From contig CAYQBU010000001.1 in NCBI GenBank assembly GCA_964415785.1, positions 1,152-65,151 of the forward strand: a stretch of DNA of 64,000 nucleotides, in the 5' to 3' direction. Made by a program: the position numbers and the translations under genes. Positions within the stretch are counted from its first letter, which is position 1. Each line of letters begins with the position of its first letter. The DNA comes from an uncultured Bradymonadales bacterium. Lineage in GTDB: Bacteria > Myxococcota_A > Bradymonadia > Bradymonadales > Bradymonadaceae. The notes under the pieces are model-generated. The model was not told the DNA's origin. It worked only from the letters and a program-made list of their open reading frames with translations, and ran no database searches. Positions 1-8,996 of this stretch are shown in pieces.

Positions 1-1893
1 CAGATCCTGGATCTCGACTCCGAGGGCCTGGAATTGGAAAACGACGCCGGCGAAGTCCTTCAGATTGACGCCGGCGACGACAGTTTCTCCTTCAGTACCG
101 TCTACAGCAAGGGCGAAGACTACGAAGTGACCGTCGCCCAACAGCCGCAGTCACAGGAGTGCTCGGTGACCCGCGCCACCGGCACCTTCGACGAACGAGA
201 CATCACCGATGTGCTCGTCGAATGCGAGACCACCGCCGAATTTCAGGTGGCCATCAACACCGACGCCAGTGACCTGGTGACCGGGGCCGGCGGCAATATT
301 CGCCTCGTCGCCGAGATCACCAACGAGGGGCAGCTCGACGGGGAGCAAGAGGTGACGCTCAACATCGAAGACCGCGAAATTGCCACCGAGTCGATCTCCA
401 TCGATGGTGGCCGTACCAAAGTCGTGACCCTCACCTGGGAGACCACCCTCGACGATGTGGGCGACCATATGGCCACCGTCTCTACGGGCGATGATGCGGA
501 CGAAGCTCAGGTCACGGTCACCGACCTCGATTATTTTGAAGTTCGAATAGATACCGAAGAGAGCATGCTCTCTGTGACCGAGCACGACGACGTGGTGGTC
601 GTGGTAGACGTCGAAAACGTCGGCGCTCAGCCGGGAACCCAGGATATCGAGCTGGCCATCGACGACCACACCGTGGACACCGTTCACTCCCTGGGACTCG
701 ACGATGGAGAGGCGATCACGATTTCTCTTCAGTGGACGCCCCAGGCCGATGACCGAGGTGAATTCAACGTCGAGGTCAAAAGTGATAACGACACCGACAC
801 GGCTACTGCCACCGTCGTCGATGGCGCCTATTTCGACGTCGAGATCGACTTCAGCAACAGCCTCCTCCAGATCGCTCCTGACGACACGGCGGAAGTCCTC
901 GCCCATATCACCAATATCGGCGGCGTCGAAGCCACCCAGGACATCGAATTGACCGTCGACGGCGATGTCGTCGACACCCACCAAGATCTGGCCCTCGATC
1001 CCGAGGACAGCCACACCGTCACCCTTCAATGGGACGGTGACGGCGCCCCATCGGGAAGTGTTGCCGCCCAGGTGGCCTCCGACGATACCTCCTCGAGCTT
1101 CGTGGTCACCGTCCTTGAACCTGCCTTCTACGGCGTCGATATCGACCTCTTCGCCAGTGATCTGGAGGTCATTCAGGGCGACATTGCCTATGGGGCCGCC
1201 AAGATCACCAACTTCGGACAGGTCACGGGAGAGCAAGATGTCCAATTGTCTATCGACGGCGATGTCGTCGACACCGTCCACGACTTCCAAGTCGCTCCCG
1301 GATCGGTGGAAACCGTGATGCTGGAGTGGGACACCACCGACGCCGGTGGAACCTACGACGCCATCATCGCCACCGATGATGACGACGACTCCTTTAGCAT
1401 CTTCGTCGAAGACAATTGTTCGGCCCTCGCCGAGATCGGTGATGAATGCGTCGGTGGCAGCTATTATGCCGGTGACTTCAATGACGTCGCCTACTACACC
1501 ACGGAGACCAGCGCCGGTGGAGGCGCGGGCTTCAAATACGCCCAGGGAAGTAGCGATTCCGGTGCTGAGAGTCAGACCGATGGATGGGGCAACACCGTCA
1601 CCCTCATCAATCAAACGGACTCCGGCGCCCCCTACGAAGCCGCGGAGGCTTGCGCCGACCTCGACGCTCATGGCCACCAGGACTGGTTTTTGCCCGCCAT
1701 CCACGAGCTTGAGGCCACGATTGGCGAACATCGCGACATCCTACCCAACGTCGAAGCCGTCTCCCATTGGTCTTCTACAGGCAACAATCCGCCCAATGAC
1801 CACGTCGCCTACGGACAAAATATGGACACGGGCAGTAGCTTCGGTACCAGTAAGACCTCTGAGAACGCCGTCCGTTGTGTGCGAACGGACTAA
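1..1893 (+). CDS. Secreted repeat protein, 5'-truncated by the window edge: four CARDB-like repeats plus a C-terminal DUF1566/Lcl-like domain
   Basis: Frame 1 is open from nt 1 (QILDLDSEGLELEND...), so the TTG at 34 is probably not the true start. Four tandem ~100-aa units follow the pattern YFxVxID...ITNxGxxxGxQDxxLxIDGxVVDT...TLxW. The C-terminus DWFLPAIHELE...SHWSST resembles DUF1566. Confidence 0.7.
   Translation, partial: QILDLDSEGLELENDAGEVLQIDAGDDSFSFSTVYSKGEDYEVTVAQQPQSQECSVTRATGTFDERDITDVLVECETTAEFQVAINTDASDLVTGAGGNIRLVAEITNEGQLDGEQEVTLNIEDREIATESISIDGGRTKVVTLTWETTLDDVGDHMATVSTGDDADEAQVTVTDLDYFEVRIDTEESMLSVTEHDDVVVVVDVENVGAQPGTQDIELAIDDHTVDTVHSLGLDDGEAITISLQWTPQADDRGEFNVEVKSDNDTDTATATVVDGAYFDVEIDFSNSLLQIAPDDTAEVLAHITNIGGVEATQDIELTVDGDVVDTHQDLALDPEDSHTVTLQWDGDGAPSGSVAAQVASDDTSSSFVVTVLEPAFYGVDIDLFASDLEVIQGDIAYGAAKITNFGQVTGEQDVQLSIDGDVVDTVHDFQVAPGSVETVMLEWDTTDAGGTYDAIIATDDDDDSFSIFVEDNCSALAEIGDECVGGSYYAGDFNDVAYYTTETSAGGGAGFKYAQGSSDSGAESQTDGWGNTVTLINQTDSGAPYEAAEACADLDAHGHQDWFLPAIHELEATIGEHRDILPNVEAVSHWSSTGNNPPNDHVAYGQNMDTGSSFGTSKTSENAVRCVRTD
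238..1413 (+). repeat. Four tandem CARDB-like coding repeats (~100 aa each)
   Basis: Repeat units start at EFQVAINT, YFEVRIDT, YFDVEIDF and FYGVDIDL. Each ends in a D/T-rich strand (TVTD, ATVVDG, VVTVLEP, SIFVED). Confidence 0.6.
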
Positions 1894-1919
1894 GCCTCAT
1901 GGATTGAGCTAGAAAGGCG

Positions 1920-1951
1920 ATGGCGAGCGCTTCTTGGGGGGCGCTCGCCAT
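1920..1951 (+). terminator. Candidate rho-independent terminator
   Basis: ATGGCGAGCGC (1920-1930) pairs with GCGCTCGCCAT (1941-1951) across a 10-nt loop. It is followed by TTCTATTTCT and lies 27 nt after the stop at 1893. Confidence 0.5.
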
Positions 1952-2074
1952 TTCTATTTCTCCACGACGCCATCGACGATTGATGGGCTGGCCCGAAACG
2001 CTCCCACTTGCAACGCCTTGCCCAAATCACCAGAATACAGAGGCCCCGTTGATTGCCCCTGCAAGGACTCCTCG

Positions 2075-3295
2075 ATGCCCTCCTTTTCTCGCTTCACCCT
2101 CCTCTCACTGGCGATCCTCCTCATCGCCCAGATCACGGCCTGCGCCGACCCCAACCCCCCTGCTCAACCCAATAATAATTCGAACAACTCGGATCCCAAT
2201 AATAACAACCCCAATAATAATGACTCCAATGGTCCTTCCCCTGATGCCCTGGACGCCGACGCCTACTTTTCGTTGCCCGGCACCGACGATCCCGATGAAT
2301 CACTCCAGCATCGAATCGTCGACCTCATCGACGACGTGCCCGACGACGCCGAACTCCGCGGTGCCTTCTTCTCCTTTAGCCGGGTGGAAACCGCCGAGGC
2401 CCTGATCGCCGCCCACCAGCGCGGCGTCGATATTCGACTCGTCGTCGGCAATAACAACCGCTTCAGCAGTGGCTCGTATAACGACGCCGTCCAGCTGCTC
2501 ATCGACCAGCTCGGCAACCGCGTTCATATTTGCACCTCAGAGGGCTCGGAAGGCGGCTGCATTGGCTCCAATATCCAGCACAATAAATTTTTGACCATCT
2601 CCGAGATCGGCGACGGCTCCACCGATATCGTCGCCCAAACCTCGGGAAATATCACCAACGCCCAGCCCCAAGATTTCGATAACCTCGTCATCCTTCGCGG
2701 CGACAGCGCCATCTTCCAGGGCTATCGCGACTACTGGTCACACCTCAACGATGAGCAACCCTCCTTCGACCACGCCATCGAAGGCGATGAGCGGACGCAA
2801 GCCTTCTTCTTTCCCGTCGAATTCAGCGTCGGTGACGTCGTGCGCGACCTGGTCGCCGATATCGATTGCGCCGATGGTGGCCACATCTACGTGGCCATGG
2901 CCTTCTTTACCGACGCCCGCAATAGCCTCGCCGAAAACCTCCGCGACCGCCACCGCGAGGGCTGCGATCTCAGCCTCGTCCTCGGCGAAGACAACTCCAT
3001 CGACTCCCCGGGCTCCGACATCACCGATATTCTCTACACCGACGGCATTGAAGTCGCCCTTTTTCCCGACGGTCAGCGCCCCCAGGTCCACTCCAAATAC
3101 ATGCTCTTCGACGGGGTGACCTTCCAGGGCACACCCGATACCCAGGCCGTGATCACCGGATCCCATAACTATAGCTTCTCGGCGCTCTTCAACAACGACG
3201 AGGCCATCCTTAAACTAAAAGACGCCGACCTCACCGACGCCTTTGTCGACAACTTCGAGCACGTCTTTAACGCCGCCAACCCCGTCCACCCCTGA
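2075..3295 (+). CDS. Phospholipase D (HKD) superfamily lipoprotein
   Basis: Two HxK(x)4D-type motifs: IQHNKFLTISEIGDG and VHSKYMLFDG. ATG 2075 gives MPSFSRFTLLSLAILLIAQITAC, a signal peptide with a lipobox Cys, followed by an N/D/P-rich linker. The upstream part of the listed ORF (from 1934) looks non-coding. Confidence 0.8.
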   Translation: MPSFSRFTLLSLAILLIAQITACADPNPPAQPNNNSNNSDPNNNNPNNNDSNGPSPDALDADAYFSLPGTDDPDESLQHRIVDLIDDVPDDAELRGAFFSFSRVETAEALIAAHQRGVDIRLVVGNNNRFSSGSYNDAVQLLIDQLGNRVHICTSEGSEGGCIGSNIQHNKFLTISEIGDGSTDIVAQTSGNITNAQPQDFDNLVILRGDSAIFQGYRDYWSHLNDEQPSFDHAIEGDERTQAFFFPVEFSVGDVVRDLVADIDCADGGHIYVAMAFFTDARNSLAENLRDRHREGCDLSLVLGEDNSIDSPGSDITDILYTDGIEVALFPDGQRPQVHSKYMLFDGVTFQGTPDTQAVITGSHNYSFSALFNNDEAILKLKDADLTDAFVDNFEHVFNAANPVHP

Positions 3296-3310
3296 GAGCA
3301 CACGCGCTGC

Positions 3311-4072
3311 TCAATCCACGACCCACACCACCTGGCCGGCCACCTCTCCGCGCCTCATCTCCGTGCCATAGAGCCGCGACACCACCTCTTCTTGGAGCAC
3401 TTGATCGGGTTCTCCGTCCACCAGCACCACTCCCCGGTGAAGGGCCACCACCCGATCGAAATAGCGGTGCACCAACCCCAGATCGTGGAGTACTGCCACC
3501 GCCGCTTTTTCCCCCTCCACGTGGGCCCTCACCGCTCCCAGGGTGCTCTTTTGATGGCGCATATCGAGGCTCGCCGTCGGCTCGTCGAGTAACCACAGAT
3601 CGCTTCCCCCCACCATCGCCCGCGCCAACAGTACGCGCTGCATCTCCCCTCCGCTCAACCCCGCAATCGAACGCTCCTTGAATGGCCCCATCTCCAGCAC
3701 CTCCAGGGCCCGCTCCGCCTCCTCGATATCCTCTCTGGTTGGCACCAGACGCCGCGACCCGGCGTATAGCCCCATGAGGACGCACTCCAGGACTGTAAAA
3801 CTAAATGACTGGGGCGCCGCCTGGGGCACCACTGCCACCTCTTGAGCCACCTCGCGTCGCGACCAATCTCCCATCCGGCGCCCCTTGAGCCGCACCTCTC
3901 CCCTCTCGGCCTCCAGTACGCCGCTGAGCACCTTCAGCAACGTCGTCTTTCCCGCTCCATTGGGGCCCACGATCGCCACCGCCTCCCCAGGGCCCACCTC
4001 CAGATCGATGCCCTTGAGAACCTCTTCATTGCCATACCCCACTGCAATGGACGATGCCTCTAGCCAACTCAT
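3311..4072 (-). CDS. ABC transporter ATP-binding protein (FecE/BtuD/HmuV-like)
   Basis: Walker A GPNGAGKTT, signature LSGGEMQR and Walker B LWLLDEPTASLD. ATG 4072 lies 1 nt after the permease stop. Confidence 0.9.
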   Translation of the reverse strand: MSWLEASSIAVGYGNEEVLKGIDLEVGPGEAVAIVGPNGAGKTTLLKVLSGVLEAERGEVRLKGRRMGDWSRREVAQEVAVVPQAAPQSFSFTVLECVLMGLYAGSRRLVPTREDIEEAERALEVLEMGPFKERSIAGLSGGEMQRVLLARAMVGGSDLWLLDEPTASLDMRHQKSTLGAVRAHVEGEKAAVAVLHDLGLVHRYFDRVVALHRGVVLVDGEPDQVLQEEVVSRLYGTEMRRGEVAGQVVWVVD

Positions 4073-4073
4073 C

Positions 4074-5120
4074 TCACCACCCCGCATCGCGCTGAAGTGA
4101 GCGCCACAAAAAATAGATAAAAACCGGCGCTCCGATCAGCGACGTGATCACCCCGACGGGCAACACTGTCCCCAGCACCCCGAAGCTTCCCCTGGCCACC
4201 ACGTCGGCGCAGCTCAAAAAAGCGGCTCCCCCGAAGGCACAGGCCGGGATCAGCACCCGGTGGTCCGGCCCCACCACCAGCCGTATCGCATGGGGCACCA
4301 CCAGCCCTACGAATCCAATGATCCCCGAAAAGGCCACCGCCACCGCCACCGCCAGACTGGCCACCACCACCGTCACCAGCCTCACCCGCCCCACCTCGAT
4401 CCCCAGATAGGCCGCGTCCTCTTCGCCCAGTGACAGCGCATTCAAATCCACGGCATGGCGGTAGATCACGGCGATACATACCACCATCACCACCGCCACA
4501 GACGCCATCGTCTGGCCCCCGATCCCCTCCACCGCCAATGCTCCCATTAAATAAAATAGAATTTCCTGAGCCTGACGGGCGGTCACCACACTCTGAATAA
4601 ACATGATCAACGAGGCGGCAAAGGCATTGACGATCACCCCCGTCAACAGCAGCACATAGGTCGACGCCCGCCCCGGCGGCGTCCAGCGCGCCACCCCGAA
4701 GATCACCGCCAGCGCTCCCATCGCTCCCACAAAGGCCCCCACCGGCGTCCCCAGAGCCATACCCAGCCCCGCCGTCCCCAGCACCAGCATCAATGTCCCG
4801 CCCAACGCCGCCCCTCCCGAGATCCCCAGGATATAGGGGTCGGCCAGTGGATTTCTCAGCACCGCCTGAAAAACGGCACCTCCCACGGCCAGCGCCGCCC
4901 CCACCAGACCGGCAAAAACCACCCTCGGCAGCCGCGCCTGCTCCACAATCGACGCTTCTGCGGCCGTCAACTCCCCGCCCAACCACCGCCTGACCAGATC
5001 CCACCCGCCCAGATCGCTACTCCCCACCATTAACCCCATAATCGCGGTAATGACCCACAACCCCAGGGTGATCGCCGCCACCCCCAGGATCTTTTGCTTC
5101 GTCACCACCCGGCGCATCAC
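4074..5120 (-). CDS. FecCD/BtuC-family ABC permease
   Basis: Polytopic, glycine-rich membrane protein typical of iron-chelate/B12 permeases. The start overlaps the upstream stop by 4 nt (ATGA). Confidence 0.9.
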   Translation of the reverse strand: MMRRVVTKQKILGVAAITLGLWVITAIMGLMVGSSDLGGWDLVRRWLGGELTAAEASIVEQARLPRVVFAGLVGAALAVGGAVFQAVLRNPLADPYILGISGGAALGGTLMLVLGTAGLGMALGTPVGAFVGAMGALAVIFGVARWTPPGRASTYVLLLTGVIVNAFAASLIMFIQSVVTARQAQEILFYLMGALAVEGIGGQTMASVAVVMVVCIAVIYRHAVDLNALSLGEEDAAYLGIEVGRVRLVTVVVASLAVAVAVAFSGIIGFVGLVVPHAIRLVVGPDHRVLIPACAFGGAAFLSCADVVARGSFGVLGTVLPVGVITSLIGAPVFIYFLWRSLQRDAGW

Positions 5121-6058
5121 TCTCCCCTTAACTCCGCCGCCACCAGGCCCAGCGCTTCCGGAAGCCGCGGCCCTGGGCGCATCATCAGGGGGTCATCGAT
5201 ATGTACGACCCGTCCCTGACGCACCGCCTCAATCGCCTCATAGCGCTCCCAATAATCCAACGCTCCCTGACCCAACTTTACGTCTACCACCACCTGCGGA
5301 TCGGCGGCGATGATGGCCTCCATATCCAGCACTGGATAGGCTCCCACATCTTGGCCCAATGCATTCTCCATCCCCAACAATTTCAAGATCTCCTCCCCAA
5401 AGGTCCCCGGCCCCGCCGCCACCACCGGGTCTCGATCGTAGACCATCAACGCCCGCTTACCATTGGCGTCCAATACCTTCCGCAACGCCGCCGTCTCCTC
5501 ATCGAGGGCTCGCTCAAAATCCCCCACCAATTCCCCGGCCTTCTCCTCTGCCCCCAACCACGCGCCAATTTGCTCAATCCCCCGCTTGATCTCCTCGATA
5601 TCGTCCATCGATACAAACCCATAGGCCACACCGGCGGAGTCCAGACTTCCCAACATCCGGTGGTCGGCACCATCGACCACCCCCAAAACCACGTCCGGCT
5701 CCTGAGCCAGAATCGCCTCGTAGTCCGGATCCAACATTCCCCCCACCGTAGTGATCAACTCCACCTCACGGGGCCAATCGCAATAGCGCGTCACCCCCAC
5801 CACCTCTTCTCCATAGCCCAGCTCAAAGAGTACCTCCGTGATATTGGGCGCCATCGATACGATGCGATCCACTTCATCGGGCCACTCCTCACTTCGATAG
5901 AGATCTTCGTCTCCCAACTCTTTGGCCAGTTCGTCGCTCTCCTCTTCGACCGATGCCTCCCCATCGGGCTCGACCTCATCATTGCGTTCACAGCCCACTG
6001 CCATCACCAACACCAGGCCCGCAATCGCCAGGCCCAACCACCATCGTTTCACCTTCAT
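5117..6058 (-). CDS. Periplasmic substrate-binding lipoprotein (BtuF/TroA-like, cobalamin or iron-chelate)
   Basis: RIVSMAPNITEVLFELGYGEEVVGVTRYCDWP is the BtuF-type N-lobe motif. MKVKRWWLGLAIAGLVLVMAVGC is a lipoprotein signal peptide. GGAG sits 6 nt before ATG 6058; ATG 6070 is an alternative start. Confidence 0.85.
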   Translation of the reverse strand: MKVKRWWLGLAIAGLVLVMAVGCERNDEVEPDGEASVEEESDELAKELGDEDLYRSEEWPDEVDRIVSMAPNITEVLFELGYGEEVVGVTRYCDWPREVELITTVGGMLDPDYEAILAQEPDVVLGVVDGADHRMLGSLDSAGVAYGFVSMDDIEEIKRGIEQIGAWLGAEEKAGELVGDFERALDEETAALRKVLDANGKRALMVYDRDPVVAAGPGTFGEEILKLLGMENALGQDVGAYPVLDMEAIIAADPQVVVDVKLGQGALDYWERYEAIEAVRQGRVVHIDDPLMMRPGPRLPEALGLVAAELRGE

Positions 6059-6253
6059 CTTTGACTCCATGGCATCATCAACTTCCTATCGCACAGGCAC
6101 CAAGATCGAGTACACCTCATCTGGCCCCCGTTCAACCATCACCCTGACCCACCGCAGGCTGCTCCCCCCTACTCCTTCGGAGTTGGCAAATGCCTCATGC
6201 CCCTTTAAAATACATATACGATTCCTTCCCACTCACCTGCTCGAGGATTGCCA

Positions 6254-7186
6254 ATGGCCAATGACGCTCCGTCAGCCAGCGAGATCGATGCCAAGCTCCA
6301 GCAATTGGAAAAGCGCATCGACACCCTCAAGCGCCGCTACGAGCGCTATTTCCTCGGCATCGATCAAAAGCCACCCCGCAATATGCGCAAGCAGGTGTTT
6401 CGCGAAGTCATGGAGTTGCAAAACACCTATATCTCCAATACCGCCCAGCGCTTCCAGCTTCGCACCCTGGTGCAAAAATTCAACACCAATAAGACCCGCT
6501 GGAACCGCATCCTTCGCCAGATCGAACAGGGCACCTACATCCGCGATCGCAAGCGCGCTGAACGGCGCAAACAAAAACGCCGCCGCGAACGCGAAAAGCA
6601 ACCTCAAGCCAATAAAAACGACCAGGGGGCCATCGAGCTCAACGCCGACGATGACTTCATTGAGGACCTCCAGGAAATCGACATGGAGGAGGTCTTCAAT
6701 TCCCCCAAAGAACCCCAACAACCGGGCCACCCCAACGAGCCTCGACGGGCCAATGAGCCTCGCCCCTCATCCGCCTCTCAACCGACGAGTTCTCCCCCGC
6801 GCTCGAGCGCCGACAGAGAGCGCATCAAGAAGCAGCGCCTCGCCGAAATCCAGCGAAAACTTGGACTCTCCGGCAGCGACGCCAGCCCCTCCAACCCCTC
6901 TTCCTCATCGACCAAAAAATCCTCGCCCTCAACGCCCAATCGGCCCCAGAGACCCCAGAAGCGCCAGGGCCCGTCCAAAAAACATAACAAAGACCGCAAA
7001 CCCCTGACCAAACGCCAGAAAAAGCTCAAGAAGCTTCAGCGAAACCTCAACCGAAAATCCTCCGACAAGAGCGCTCCATCGAAGCGTCAACCCCGGCGTT
7101 CTTCATCCAAGAAGCGCCCCCGCCAAAACTCCTCCGGCCGTCGCGTCGTCCGACGATCTCAGTCTTCTCCCTCCAAAGACGACTGA
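6254..7186 (+). CDS. Hypothetical protein: ~100-aa helical N-domain plus ~200-aa highly basic K/R/S/P tail
   Basis: GAGGA sits 6 nt upstream of ATG 6254. The N-terminus LQQLEKRIDTLKRRYERYFLGIDQKPP... is non-repetitive. The tail is KRAERRKQKRRREREKQ...KKHNKDRKPLTKRQKKLKKLQRNLNRK. Confidence 0.6.
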   Translation: MANDAPSASEIDAKLQQLEKRIDTLKRRYERYFLGIDQKPPRNMRKQVFREVMELQNTYISNTAQRFQLRTLVQKFNTNKTRWNRILRQIEQGTYIRDRKRAERRKQKRRREREKQPQANKNDQGAIELNADDDFIEDLQEIDMEEVFNSPKEPQQPGHPNEPRRANEPRPSSASQPTSSPPRSSADRERIKKQRLAEIQRKLGLSGSDASPSNPSSSSTKKSSPSTPNRPQRPQKRQGPSKKHNKDRKPLTKRQKKLKKLQRNLNRKSSDKSAPSKRQPRRSSSKKRPRQNSSGRRVVRRSQSSPSKDD

Positions 7187-7197
7187 GCAGGTCCCGC

Positions 7198-8724
7198 CTA
7201 CCAATTCGTCGACTCAATCACCTCGCTCGACTTCGCCTTCTTCTGGCGCTGCTTGCGAAATAGCCGCTGCTGCAACTTCTCCACCAGCGGCCTAATAGAA
7301 TCCTCATCGTAGGCCGAGATCGCGATGCCATCGTGGTTATCGGCGATGCCACGCGCCTTGTCGGTATCCATAAGATCCATCTTATTGAACACCAAGAGCT
7401 GTTCCTTATCGCCCAGATCAATTTCGCTCAAAATACGGTTGACGGCCTCGATCTTATCCTCGTAGAGCGGATCCGAGACGTCGACCAGATGCACCAAAAT
7501 ATCGGCCTGGTCCAGCTCCTCGAGCGTCGCCTTAAACGCCGCCACCAGATCCGGCGGCAGGTCATGTATAAACCCCACCGTATCCGTAAAGATCACCTCT
7601 CGGTTTTCGGGAAACCGAAGCCGTCGCGTCGTCGGCTGGAGGGTCGCAAATAACTGGTTTTCACTGCGCACTTCTGACTTCGTCAGTTGATTGAGCAGCG
7701 TCGACTTGCCGGCATTCGTATAGCCCACGATGCTCACCGTCGGGAGCTGATTTTTCACCCGCCGTTTGCGCCGAATCGCCCGCTGTTGGCTCAACTTCTC
7801 GATATCCGCTTCCAACGACCGAATCCGATCCCTGGCCCGCCGCCGATTGATCTCAAGCTTCGTCTCTCCCGGTCCCCGACCACCAATTCCTCCCGCCAGC
7901 CGGCTCATCCCCGTATTTTTCTGGTGAAGCCTCGGCAAATTATACTTGAGCTGCGCCAGCTCCACCTGAATCTTTCCATCTCGTGACTTGGCGTGCTGGG
8001 CAAAAATATCGAGGATCAACTGTGTCCGGTCGATGACTCGCAGGTCCGTCTCATCGGTGATGCTGCGCAACTGGCGCGGCTCCAGATCTTGAGCGAACAC
8101 GATCAACTCCACGTCCAACTGCAAGGCCTTGAGGGTCAATTCCTCGAGTTTTCCTCGACCCATCGCGTACTTGGGATGAGGCCGTGTTCGCCGCTGAACC
8201 ATGGTGTCCACCACATCCACCCCGGCGGTGTCACACAACTCAAGCATCTCCTCGATCTCGACCTCTTCATCTCGACCGGCCAGCGTCGACACGCAGGCCA
8301 ACATCACCGGCTCCTTGCCGGTGGTGACCAATTCGTCGGCCTTGCGCTGAAACTCGCTCTCCAACTCATTGATGAAGAAGGTAAAACTCAGATCGATCTC
8401 CGCCGGATTCGGCGCCTTTTCGATCTCCCACATCTTGTCGTCCGGGTTCTCCGGAATCAGATAGGCATAGGCCACCTGGCCCGGATAGCCCTCTCCATCG
8501 ATCCCCACGGAGATCACCATATCCAATTGCAGCTTCGACAGGTCCGTCAGGTCCTCACTGGTCATCTCCACCTGGCGCCCATCTCCTTTCAGATAGGTGC
8601 GGATCAACCGAATGCCACGAAAGCGGCTCTTGCCGCCCCGTTGCCGGCCGATATCGGGCAAATACACCCGCTTATCATCACCCACCATCACGTGCAGAAT
8701 CTTTCCCTGCCGATCGGCCATCAC
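7198..8724 (-). CDS. hflX: GTPase HflX, long form (minimal coordinates; real start probably upstream, see findings)
   Basis: G1 GYTNAGKST, G3 DTVGF, G4 NKMD. HflX N-domain RVIDRTQLILDIFAQHAKSRDGKIQVELAQLKY. Confidence 0.9.
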   Translation of the reverse strand: MMADRQGKILHVMVGDDKRVYLPDIGRQRGGKSRFRGIRLIRTYLKGDGRQVEMTSEDLTDLSKLQLDMVISVGIDGEGYPGQVAYAYLIPENPDDKMWEIEKAPNPAEIDLSFTFFINELESEFQRKADELVTTGKEPVMLACVSTLAGRDEEVEIEEMLELCDTAGVDVVDTMVQRRTRPHPKYAMGRGKLEELTLKALQLDVELIVFAQDLEPRQLRSITDETDLRVIDRTQLILDIFAQHAKSRDGKIQVELAQLKYNLPRLHQKNTGMSRLAGGIGGRGPGETKLEINRRRARDRIRSLEADIEKLSQQRAIRRKRRVKNQLPTVSIVGYTNAGKSTLLNQLTKSEVRSENQLFATLQPTTRRLRFPENREVIFTDTVGFIHDLPPDLVAAFKATLEELDQADILVHLVDVSDPLYEDKIEAVNRILSEIDLGDKEQLLVFNKMDLMDTDKARGIADNHDGIAISAYDEDSIRPLVEKLQQRLFRKQRQKKAKSSEVIESTNW

Positions 8725-8996
8725 CGCTACGATTCGGTTGAGTTGGTGCGAGATATCCGTGAGATGCCTCGCAAACTCTTGATTGACCGCGTCAAAGCCA
8801 TCGAGGTGCCGCTTGTACAGCTTCTGTAATTTCCGGCGCTCTCGGGACTTCAGGCCGTTTAAGTCTCCATGGATGTCTCGTGCGATAGACGTCTCTCCTT
8901 CGCTTCAATGCCAATTCATTGCGTCTGAGGTTCGCTCCCTGGGAACAACAACTGCCTCTCCACCCAACATTCCTATCCCGGATTATTCATGAGACG

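Noticed and set aside
151-1731. Long antisense and alternative-frame ORFs throughout the track, for example 151-1731(-), 4069-5004(-), 5922-7007(+), 20164-20982(-), 27112-28200(-), 32511-34109(-), 41731-43140(-), 44122-45498(-), 50912-52255(-), 57956-58966(-) and 59105-60541(-).
   Set aside because: All lie opposite or out of frame to genes with clear family motifs. Their translations are G/A/R/P/V-rich low-complexity strings typical of shadow ORFs in G+C-rich DNA, with no recognisable motifs.
6071-6247. Possible cobalamin riboswitch upstream of the BtuF-like operon (minus strand).
   Set aside because: I reverse-complemented the 177-nt leader. It has a GGGAAGGAATC-like string but no B12-box core (GCCACTG-type) or the expected paired elements. 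A covariance-model scan would be needed; it is not supportable by eye.
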